Made by a program: the position numbers and the translations under genes. A stretch of DNA of 42,184 bases from Desulfobacterales bacterium. Its GTDB lineage: Bacteria; Desulfobacterota; Desulfobacteria; Desulfobacterales; JAHEIW01. The notes under the pieces were generated by a model, which did no database searches, was not told the origin of the DNA, and saw only the letters and a program-made list of their open reading frames with translations. The stretch covers positions 1 through 42,184 of the forward strand of contig JASFPE010000002.1 in NCBI GenBank assembly GCA_050116155.1, written 5' to 3'. This document shows positions 1-7,333 of the stretch, piece by piece (position 1 is the first letter of the stretch; the number at the start of each line of letters is the position of its first letter).

Positions 1-2
1 GT

Positions 3-92
3 GGTAAATTGGCTGGAGATGTGTTCGGTACTTTTCCGCAAATCGGATGGCGGGTGTTGACCAAAGAATTTCTGCACACCGACGCGACTTAG
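3..92 (+). CDS. C-terminal fragment of an unidentified CDS entering from upstream of the window
   Basis: Frame 3 is open from the window edge to TAG at 90-92 (GKLAGDVFGTFPQIGWRVLTKEFLHTDAT*). No recognisable motif and only 29 codons, so support is weak. Confidence 0.2.
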   Translation, partial: GKLAGDVFGTFPQIGWRVLTKEFLHTDAT

Positions 93-160
93 TCTGTCCC
101 ACAAATACATTAAAAAAGTCAAACAAGAAATCTAAATAGAGTCGCGTCTTATAGTATATA

Positions 161-266
161 AAATTCCAAGCACCAAATCACAAATAACAAATGGTTCGAC
201 AGGCCGTTCGACAGGCTCAGGGTCCTGAGCGAAGTCGAAGGGCAATACCCAAATTCCAAGCTCCAA
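161..266. repeat. Intergenic palindromic element flanked by direct repeats
   Basis: Direct repeats AAATTCCAAGC(A/T)CCAA at 161-176 and 251-266 bracket a nested palindrome: TTCGAC (207-212) / GTCGAA (234-239) and GCTCAGG (215-221) / CCTGAGC (224-230). The right flank is a degenerate heptamer array (CCAAATT CCAAGCT CCAAGGA CCGAAAC). Confidence 0.5.
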
Positions 267-400
267 GGACCGAAACAGGTTTTGACTTGCCACAAGGAGT
301 TTTCTTCTATCTGAGCCGTTCGGCCCTGAGCTCACGGCCGAGGGGCTTAGACCGAATGCAATTGACTAGACTCGGATTATTTTATCGATTTTGTTAATCG

Positions 401-952
401 TCAGGGCCGTGCCAGCGCATCCTGAAAATTGGTGTTACAATATCGGCAAAAATAAAGCGGTATGCTATCCAGATCTGCGAGTCCTCCTGAATAATGCATC
501 AGACAGTTTTTTTCTTCGCAATGCGACAGATTATAGAGGTGGCCCAGTTCGTGCAGGGCGACCTTGGCGGCTCTTTCACACAAGATAGCAGAAGAGGGGT
601 TGCGCCCCTCTTTTTCTTTGGCCAGCCTGAACAATGAAACCAGGGCATGCTTGCCGCCTTGTTTGGCCTCTCCAAAAACGTAGGCAAAGGAGGGAATGAA
701 AAGGTCACCATTGAAGACGCCGATGACTTTATCATAATTGCCATAGGGGCCGGATTCAAAACAACTTAGAATCTTGGCTGCATTATACTGGCGGTGGATT
801 TCATCAAAGGCAGAGGCCGGGGGATCCAAAGGGGAGAGAATCTCAGCCGCCAGTTTTAAGTAGCCAATGATATGGCCCACGATAATTTTGGGCGCTAGTT
901 CAGGAACGTCACCAACAGGTACAATGCCGATGATCCTTTTTTTCGATTTCAT
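401..952 (-). CDS. Archaemetzincin-like zinc metallopeptidase (peptidase family M54)
   Basis: 183-aa ORF. Its C-terminal motif HELGHLYNLSHCEEKNCLMHYSGGLADLDSIPLYFCRYC fits the archaemetzincin signature HExxHxx(G)x3Cx4CxM...CxxC, with N in place of G and a 16-residue rather than 17-residue spacer. Confidence 0.8.
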   Translation of the reverse strand: MKSKKRIIGIVPVGDVPELAPKIIVGHIIGYLKLAAEILSPLDPPASAFDEIHRQYNAAKILSCFESGPYGNYDKVIGVFNGDLFIPSFAYVFGEAKQGGKHALVSLFRLAKEKEGRNPSSAILCERAAKVALHELGHLYNLSHCEEKNCLMHYSGGLADLDSIPLYFCRYCNTNFQDALARP

Positions 953-1051
953 GGCATGAGCGTTTCAGAAATTTTCTTCCAATATTGAAAACCTGGTCCT
1001 CTATTCCATTGGTTACCTAACGGCAAACACCGCCCCTCTGGGATGGAATAA

Positions 1052-1076
1052 AATCCTGACCCTCTGGGCCAGGATT
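1052..1076 (-). terminator. Putative rho-independent terminator after the sigma54 activator gene
   Basis: AATCCTG-A-CCC tct GGG-C-CAGGATT hairpin lies 3 nt past the stop at 1079. On the minus-strand RNA it is followed by UUUUAUUCC, a modest U tract. Confidence 0.45.
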
Positions 1077-1078
1077 CT

Positions 1079-2416
1079 TTACTTAGCGTTCTTTCGCATT
1101 TCGAAGCGTTTTATCTTCTTGTGAAGGGTTACCCGATTGATATCCAGCATTTTAGCTGCCCTGGTTACATTCCAGTCGCATTCTTCCAAAATCCGATGGA
1201 TATAATGCTTTTCCATGTCACGAAGTGACATGGGCCTTGAAGGCATTGAAGGAGACGTTTGCAGAAACGAAAAATCTTGCATGTTCAATGTTCTCGATTT
1301 TGAAAGAACAACGGCTCTTTCAATGGCATTTTCCAATTCTCTGACATTTCCCGGCCATTCATAGGCCACTAAACGCTCGATGGTATCACGGGTAATATGA
1401 TCGACGCGTTTGGTGGTTTCATGACTGTATTTTTCGAGAAAGTGCTCGACCAGCAAGGGGATATCTTCTTTTTTCTCTCTCAGCGGAGGGATATCGATGG
1501 TGATGACGTTGATGCGATAGAAGAAATCCTCCCGGAAATTGCCGGCCGCAATCTCCTGCTCTAGATCCCGTCGTGTCGCAGAGATGAGCCTAAAATCTAC
1601 CGCGACAGGCTGACAGTTCCCGAGGCGACTAATTTTCTTTTCATCCAGGACACGCAGGAGATCAATTTGCATCTTGGCGCTAATTTCTCCAATTTCATCA
1701 AGAAACAGCGTGCCGCCGGATACGACTTCTAAAAAACCCTTGCGGGAATGGGTTGCACCTGTGAAGGCGCCTTTTTGATATCCGAAAAGTTCACTTTCCA
1801 GGAGCGAATCCGGGATTGCCCCGCAATTAATGGGAATAAAAGGAAAATGAGATCTTTTGCTCTTTGCGTGAATGGCTTTGGCCACCAATTCTTTGCCCGT
1901 ACCGGTTTCGCCCTTCAGAAGAATGGAGGAGTCACTCTGGGCCACTTCTGGGATAAGGTCAAAGATTTTTTCCATCGCCGGGCTCTGTCCGATAATATCG
2001 TCGAAACGCGTGATTTTCTCGAGACGACCCTTGAGATAATTGTATTCTGATGAAAGTTTAACCTGCTGGGCAACCTTTTCCATCACCAGGGATAGATGAT
2101 CCGGTTTGAACGGCTTGAGCAAATAATCGCTGGCACCCAGTTTCATGGCTTTCACGGCGGTTTCAATGGATCCGTAGGCGGTGATAATAATCACGATGGT
2201 TTCCGGATATTCTTCCTTTACGGTTTCCAACAACTCGATGCCATTCATTTCAGGCATTCTGATGTCCACAAATAAAACGTCAAAAGGCATTTTTTCTAAT
2301 CGCTGTAAAGCCTCAAAACCCGAAGATGCTTTTGCAACCGTATGACCGATTTTCGTGAACCAATGGAAAAGGGATTCCCTAACGATTTTTTCATCGTCGA
2401 CAATCATGATATTCAT
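1079..2416 (-). CDS. NtrC-family sigma54-dependent response regulator (REC + AAA+ + Fis-type HTH)
   Basis: Receiver motifs IMIVDDE, FVDIRMPEMNG, ITAYG, LLKPF. Walker A is GETGTGKE. GAFTGA is present (YQKGAFTGA). C-terminal HTH is NVTRAAKMLDINRVTLHKKIK. ATG at 2416 follows GGAGGC. The longer ORF-track start (2527) would overlap the upstream kinase gene. Confidence 0.93.
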   Translation of the reverse strand: MNIMIVDDEKIVRESLFHWFTKIGHTVAKASSGFEALQRLEKMPFDVLFVDIRMPEMNGIELLETVKEEYPETIVIIITAYGSIETAVKAMKLGASDYLLKPFKPDHLSLVMEKVAQQVKLSSEYNYLKGRLEKITRFDDIIGQSPAMEKIFDLIPEVAQSDSSILLKGETGTGKELVAKAIHAKSKRSHFPFIPINCGAIPDSLLESELFGYQKGAFTGATHSRKGFLEVVSGGTLFLDEIGEISAKMQIDLLRVLDEKKISRLGNCQPVAVDFRLISATRRDLEQEIAAGNFREDFFYRINVITIDIPPLREKKEDIPLLVEHFLEKYSHETTKRVDHITRDTIERLVAYEWPGNVRELENAIERAVVLSKSRTLNMQDFSFLQTSPSMPSRPMSLRDMEKHYIHRILEECDWNVTRAAKMLDINRVTLHKKIKRFEMRKNAK

Positions 2417-2417
2417 T

Positions 2418-3986
2418 TTAGCCTCCATGGTCTTCCCCCGGATTATTGCCCGAAATGGATAGGTAAGGGAATTTAAGGAAAAATGAACTCCCTTTGCCCA
2501 CTTCACTTTCAACCCGGATGTCTCCACTATGATTTTTTACAATGCCATAAACGATGGACAAACCCAGGCCTGTCCCCTGGCCGGCTTCTTTGGTGGTAAA
2601 AAAGGGATCAAAAATATGGTTCAGATTTTCCTCATGAATCCCCGATCCGGTATCCCGGATTTCTACCAGCACGTGTTTCTGGTCGGGTTCCAATTCGGAC
2701 ACCACCCGCAAATCTCCGCCCTCCGGCATCGCCTCCATGGCATTGAAAATCAGATTGAGCAGGCATTGCTCCAAGCGGTTTGTATCTCCTCGGACCCATA
2801 AAGCCCCCGGGTAGAGATGGGTTGTTAATTTGATACTTTGGAGTTCCAGCTTGTGGTGGGTCAGGGCGATAACGGCTTCCAGAACTTCATTGAGATTGAT
2901 GCGCTTGTATTCCAGAGCGGTTTCCCGGGAAAATGAAAGCAGCCCGGAAACAATGTTTCCGCAGCGTTCCAATTCCGGGGTCATCATTGATAAATATTGC
3001 TTAAATTCTTCCAACTCGTTTGATGTGGGTTTGCCTTTGGCTAAAATGTCCTCCATCAGTTGGGAAAATGTCAATAATCCCTGGATGGGATTGTTGATCT
3101 CATGGACACAGCTGGCAACGAGTTTTCCCAGAGAAATCATGCGATCTTCCTGGATCAGATGATTAAAGTCCTGTTTTAACTTCTGAACCTTCTCTTCCCA
3201 GCGGGAGGACAATTCCTTGGTAATGTCCCGCTGAATCTCTAGGACCCGTACCACTTCTCCGGCCGAATTTTTAATCGGATAGGTAACAATTTCAAAATAC
3301 CCGGATTGGCTGCTGGAAACAGGCGCATCGATGATCTCATGCGCGGATTCACCGGTTCGCAAGGTTTTTACCATGGGGCATTCATATTCCGGTTTATGGT
3401 TTAAACAAGGCGAATCGAAACCGTGAAAAGCCTTGTAACAATAAGCTCCAATGACTTCCGTTCGGATCTTGCCGGTTGTCTTTATATAAGCCTCATTGGC
3501 TTCAAAGATCGTGAAATCCGTATTGATTATGACGATGGGTTCATCGGTCTGTTGGATGAGAAATTCAGAAATCATCTTTTCGCGGTTTATCTGCTGCTCT
3601 GCTGATTTCAATTGCTGGTCAATCAAGAACAGAGATCTTAACAATCTGCCGATGTTGTGTTCTACGATGCCGACTGTTTTAGGCCGGAGTTTTATGAGTT
3701 CCAGGAGGACTTCTTTGCTATTGGTGAGTTCGACAATGCCGTCAAGATCTTTGATCTTAAAAAGATCCTTGAAGTTATCCGTGGTATAAATGTCCATTTG
3801 CTTGGCCATCAGGAGACCTTCAGCCGCGGGATTAATGTCACAAACCCCAACAAGATTAACATTCAAATAGGGAAAGGATTCTTTTTGTAGAAGTTGCAGG
3901 AAAAACTTACAGGCCCTGCCTCCGCCGACAATCGCTATATTTAATGGCAATTTTTTGTCGTAACTCTTATTTGAGGTAAACGGCAT
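2418..3986 (-). CDS. Sensor histidine kinase: N-terminal Rossmann-like domain + Cys-motif PAS + HisKA/HATPase
   Basis: N-terminus NIAIVGGGRACKFF...LVGVCDINP is a beta-Gly-rich-alpha-beta-Asp dinucleotide-fold pattern. The PAS region carries CYKAFHGFDSPCLNHKPEYEC. H-box is CVHEINNPIQG. N/G boxes are LLNLIFNAMEAM, IRDTGSGI and GTGLGLSI. The stop lies 1 nt before the regulator start. Confidence 0.9.
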   Translation of the reverse strand: MPFTSNKSYDKKLPLNIAIVGGGRACKFFLQLLQKESFPYLNVNLVGVCDINPAAEGLLMAKQMDIYTTDNFKDLFKIKDLDGIVELTNSKEVLLELIKLRPKTVGIVEHNIGRLLRSLFLIDQQLKSAEQQINREKMISEFLIQQTDEPIVIINTDFTIFEANEAYIKTTGKIRTEVIGAYCYKAFHGFDSPCLNHKPEYECPMVKTLRTGESAHEIIDAPVSSSQSGYFEIVTYPIKNSAGEVVRVLEIQRDITKELSSRWEEKVQKLKQDFNHLIQEDRMISLGKLVASCVHEINNPIQGLLTFSQLMEDILAKGKPTSNELEEFKQYLSMMTPELERCGNIVSGLLSFSRETALEYKRINLNEVLEAVIALTHHKLELQSIKLTTHLYPGALWVRGDTNRLEQCLLNLIFNAMEAMPEGGDLRVVSELEPDQKHVLVEIRDTGSGIHEENLNHIFDPFFTTKEAGQGTGLGLSIVYGIVKNHSGDIRVESEVGKGSSFFLKFPYLSISGNNPGEDHGG

Positions 3987-4148
3987 AATTCCACCCTCCC
4001 AACTCAGTTAATTTCATTGAGAGATTTAAATCCGAGGCCGATCCATTATTTATCAATAAATCATTCATAACAAAAGTATTATTTCAACATCTCGGAAGTT
4101 CTGAAATTTATTCAAATCATGCAGCTTGGGTGGATTCGGAGGGAGCTG

Positions 4149-4267
4149 GCGCAACGTTGTAAAAATGTTGCAATTAATGTTGCGCAACACGTACTGGTTA
4201 CATAACTATTAATTATTAAATGATTTATTGAAAATTTCGGATTGAAATATGTTGCATGCGTTGCAGG
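4149..4267. promoter_or_regulatory. Candidate enhancer (UAS) sites for the sigma54 activator
   Basis: Clustered TGTTGC/GCAAC motifs: GCGCAACGTTG (4149-4159), ATGTTGCAA (4165-4173), the perfect palindrome GTTGCGCAAC (4179-4188) and ATGTTGCATGCGTTGCAGG (4249-4267). They sit about 90-200 bp upstream of the -24/-12 promoter, separated from it by AT-rich DNA. Confidence 0.4.
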
Positions 4268-4353
4268 TTTTGGCTTGATAGGTGTATCGACGGTGCATTG
4301 ATTTTTTGAATATTTACTGTAATTACAGTTAAATATTAAAAAAATTAAATTAA

Positions 4354-4369
4354 TGGCACAGTCCATGCT
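4354..4369 (+). promoter_or_regulatory. Sigma54 (-24/-12) promoter for cluster A
   Basis: TGGCACagtccaTGCT has GG (4355-4356) and GC (4367-4368) separated by exactly 10 nt, one mismatch to TGGCAC-N5-TTGC. It faces the + strand operon and a sigma54 activator is encoded divergently. Confidence 0.7.
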
Positions 4370-4422
4370 GTTAAGCTTGACAAAAGGATGATGAAAAGTC
4401 CCGATCTATTCCGAGTCAACGA

Positions 4423-4524
4423 CCGCCCGCATAGCGGGTGGCTTGAATTTTCGGCCAGGGGCCGAAAAGGCAAAAGCACGCGGTGCTTTAATCGTTGAGG
4501 TTGTAATCCCGCCGCTGTGGGATT
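4423..4524 (+). other. Structured 5' leader (four consecutive stem-loops)
   Basis: Four hairpins: 4423-4441 (CCGCCCGC ata GCGGGTGG), 4448-4468 (TTTTCGGCC agg GGCCGAAAA), 4473-4489 (AAAGCAC gcg GTGCTTT) and 4505-4524 (AATCCC n8 GGGATT). They lie between the sigma54 promoter and the first gene. Confidence 0.4.
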
Positions 4525-4568
4525 TGAAAACAACCAACTAAAGTAAAAATCTCATCTCGGAGGATCCT

Positions 4569-5009
4569 TTGTACTCGGAAATTGAAAGAAAAAAAATACT
4601 TATCGTTGATGATGAATTGGATATACGGATTTTCCTGTGTAATTTGCTGGGTAACTGTGGTTACGACCCCATCGATGCCGGTGATAAAGACGAGGGGATG
4701 CAAAGGGCCGTGAAAGAGAAGCCGGACCTGATCATTCTTGATGTAACGATGCCCAGGGAAAGCGGCATTCAAATGTATCGAGAGCTCAAAGCGCATGAAG
4801 ACCTCAAGAATGTTCCGGTGATTATGGTGTCAGCCATCGACAAGAAAACCTTTTCATTTTATCAAAAATTTCAGGGCACGCCTCGGAGTAAAGGTATTCC
4901 TGATCCTGGTGCCTATTTAGAGAAACCGTTGGAGGCCGAGGAGCTCATCAAACTGGTCCGCTCATTGACCAAAACCGATGATTGCCCTTTGGCAAAGGAT
5001 GATGATTGA
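4569..5009 (+). CDS. Single-domain CheY-like response regulator (REC only)
   Basis: Motifs ILIVDDELD, LIILDVTMP, MVSA and YLEKP. The TTG start at 4569 lies 4 nt after GGAGGA (4559-4564). There is no in-frame ATG before the receiver fold. Confidence 0.85.
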   Translation: MYSEIERKKILIVDDELDIRIFLCNLLGNCGYDPIDAGDKDEGMQRAVKEKPDLIILDVTMPRESGIQMYRELKAHEDLKNVPVIMVSAIDKKTFSFYQKFQGTPRSKGIPDPGAYLEKPLEAEELIKLVRSLTKTDDCPLAKDDD

Positions 5010-5038
5010 GCACTATCGAAAGAGGGTGGTTTGGACCG

Positions 5039-7333
5039 ATGAATAACCGTTACAGTGTTGATACCCAACTGTATCGCGAGCTGGCAAAATTCGGTGCCAG
5101 GGATATGGAGATATGTATGCAATGCGGCACCTGCAGTGCATCGTGTCCTCTGTCCAGCGGAACGAATGCGTTTCCACGCAAGATATATTGCTATATTCAG
5201 CTGGGGCTGAAGGATAAATTGCTCAGATCGTCCGAGCCCTGGTTGTGTTACTACTGCGGCGACTGCAATACGGACTGTCCCCGGGGAGCTGAGCCAGCCG
5301 AGACGATGATGGCAACCCGCCGCTGGTTGACCGCTCAGTACGACTGGACTGGGCTTGCCAGACGGTTTTATCTCTCAGAGGCCTGGGAAATCGGAGCGTT
5401 GGTTGCCGTTGCCGTTGGAATCATTGCACTCTTTTGTTTTTTCCACGGGCCGGTGGTTACAGATCGTGTTTCCGTCAATTCCTTTGCACCGGTGATGTGG
5501 ATTGAAATCGGTGATTTGACCATGGCCGCCATTTTATCGACTTTCCTGCTGTCCAACGCATTTCGAATGTATCGCTTTATCATGAACGACATAAAGGTGC
5601 CGTATTGGCTCTATATTACAGAAGCCAAAGCCTTTGTCCTGAACTTCATCACCCAGAAACGCTGGCGGCAATGCGGGGAGGACCGCAGCCGCTGGCTGAA
5701 GCACTTTATCCTGGTCAGCGGTTACATGACCATGATGACGCTGGTCATTGTTTTCATCCGCTGGTTCCAGGTCGACGATAGCAGCTGGCATTTCACCAGC
5801 ATCTTCGGTTATTACGCCACCGGTGTCTTGCTCGCAATGACGGTGGAGATGTTCCGCAGCCGGCTTAAGAAAACGGAATCCATCCATCGCTTCTCAGAGT
5901 TTTCCGACTGGCTTTTTTTGATTCTGCTTTTCTTTACGACATTGACCGGTATAATGATGCATGCCTTGCGCATTGCCGGGTGGCCGATGGGAACCTATGT
6001 CATGTATGTCATCCATCTGGCAGTGGCCGTGCCGATGCTGATCATAGAGGTCCCTTTTGGGAAATGGTCCCATCTTTTCTACAGACCGCTGGCCATATTC
6101 TTAGCGAACGTCAGGCAGAAGGCATCCAAAGACTCCAAGGTCGACGTTGCGGATGTCATGACTAAGGTCGGTGAAACCTTTATGAGCTGCCTGCAATGCG
6201 GCACCTGCACGAGCGTATGCCCCTGGAATCAGATTTTTTCCTACAGCCCGCGCCGAATCCTGCGCCAGCTCGCATTGGATTCCGGCAGTGAGGAGTCTGT
6301 TGATCAGGCCGTCTGGCGTTGTGTCACCTGCAATGCGTGCGGCGTAAACTGTCCCCGCGGTATCGAAATCATCGACGTGATCAGAGCGGTGCGGGGGCTC
6401 AATGTCACTGAAGGCAGGATACCTGAGTTCCTGGCGGCAGCGCTTGATAGCCTGAAGGCCAACGGCAATCCCTGGGGGGGTGTTCGCGAGCAGCGGCTAA
6501 AATGGGCTGAAAAATTGAATCTGCGGATGTTTACATCTGAACACGAGTACTGCCTGTTCACCTGTTGCACAACCGCATATGATCCAAGTAACCGCAAAGC
6601 CGGCCGAGCGCTTCCCCAACTGATGGAATATGCAGGGGTATCTTTTGGTACCCTCGGTACCGAAGAGAATTGTTGCGGTGACCCGGCGCATCAGATAGGG
6701 GCGGGTGACATAGTTTCGGAGCTCATCCATAAAAATAGCGAGCTCTTTTTTCGAGCCGGTGTGCAGAAAATACTGACCTCGTCGCCCCATTGTCTGAATG
6801 CGTTTCGAAATAACTATGTCGATTTGAAGGGTTCTGTTACCAGTGAACATTACACGGAACTTCTCGACCGACTTGTTCGGCAGGGCCGGCTAAGTCCGGT
6901 TATAAAAGTGGCCGGCACGGTTACCTATCACGATCCCTGCTACCTGGGACGTCACAATGGCATCTACGAGGCGCCCCGCCGGATTCTGCAAAGCATTCCT
7001 GGACTGACGCTGATCGAAATGGCCAGCAATAGAGAAAGCAGCCTGTGCTGTGGGGGAGGTGGCGGCACTGCCTGGAGTGACACTCCCTGCAATCAGCGTC
7101 TGGGTGTACTGCGCATCGAAGAGGCTCTCGGCACCGGCGCCGAGGTGATTGCTACGGCCTGTCCCTATTGCATCCGCATGCTGACAGAGGCTGCAAGGGA
7201 ACTCGGTGTCGAAGATCAAATTGCCATCCAGGACGTGGCGGAATTGCTTTTGCAGTCGGTGATGATGAGGGATAAGGCCGATACGACGGAACACGTTGAT
7301 TTGGGAATTGAACGGGAGGTCTGCCATGTCTGA
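5039..7333 (+). CDS. Membrane-bound Fe-S oxidoreductase: 2x[4Fe-4S] ferredoxin + DsrM/NarI/HdrE-like membrane domain + DsrK/HdrD-like ferredoxin and CCG domains
   Basis: N-terminal CMQCGTCSASCP and CYYCGDCNTDCP. About six hydrophobic helices carry conserved His (MMHALRI, IHLAVAV, FGKWSHLFYRP). These are followed by CLQCGTCTSVCP and CVTCNACGVNCP, then CCG motifs (CCTTAYD, ENCCGDP, HDPCYLGRH, LCCGGGGG, ACPYC). ATG 5039 follows GAGGGTGG; an alternative TTG lies at 5006. Confidence 0.85.
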   Translation: MNNRYSVDTQLYRELAKFGARDMEICMQCGTCSASCPLSSGTNAFPRKIYCYIQLGLKDKLLRSSEPWLCYYCGDCNTDCPRGAEPAETMMATRRWLTAQYDWTGLARRFYLSEAWEIGALVAVAVGIIALFCFFHGPVVTDRVSVNSFAPVMWIEIGDLTMAAILSTFLLSNAFRMYRFIMNDIKVPYWLYITEAKAFVLNFITQKRWRQCGEDRSRWLKHFILVSGYMTMMTLVIVFIRWFQVDDSSWHFTSIFGYYATGVLLAMTVEMFRSRLKKTESIHRFSEFSDWLFLILLFFTTLTGIMMHALRIAGWPMGTYVMYVIHLAVAVPMLIIEVPFGKWSHLFYRPLAIFLANVRQKASKDSKVDVADVMTKVGETFMSCLQCGTCTSVCPWNQIFSYSPRRILRQLALDSGSEESVDQAVWRCVTCNACGVNCPRGIEIIDVIRAVRGLNVTEGRIPEFLAAALDSLKANGNPWGGVREQRLKWAEKLNLRMFTSEHEYCLFTCCTTAYDPSNRKAGRALPQLMEYAGVSFGTLGTEENCCGDPAHQIGAGDIVSELIHKNSELFFRAGVQKILTSSPHCLNAFRNNYVDLKGSVTSEHYTELLDRLVRQGRLSPVIKVAGTVTYHDPCYLGRHNGIYEAPRRILQSIPGLTLIEMASNRESSLCCGGGGGTAWSDTPCNQRLGVLRIEEALGTGAEVIATACPYCIRMLTEAARELGVEDQIAIQDVAELLLQSVMMRDKADTTEHVDLGIEREVCHV

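Noticed and set aside
132-397. 67-aa and 68-aa ORFs over the palindromic repeat
   Set aside because: They are overlapping mirror-image ORFs on both strands of a palindromic repeat with low-complexity translations. This is better explained as a non-coding repeat.
2417-2527. N-terminal extension of the sigma54 activator
   Set aside because: It would overlap the 3' end of the kinase gene by 110 nt. The ATG at 2416 has a GGAGGC SD and starts directly at the receiver fold.
4112-4796. Three minus-strand ORFs (84, 62 and 102 aa) and a 36-codon + strand uORF (4388-4498) in the cluster A control region
   Set aside because: There are no motifs, and the region is AT-rich or hairpin-rich regulatory DNA. 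The uORF's SD abuts its ATG. It is kept only as a remote leader-peptide possibility.
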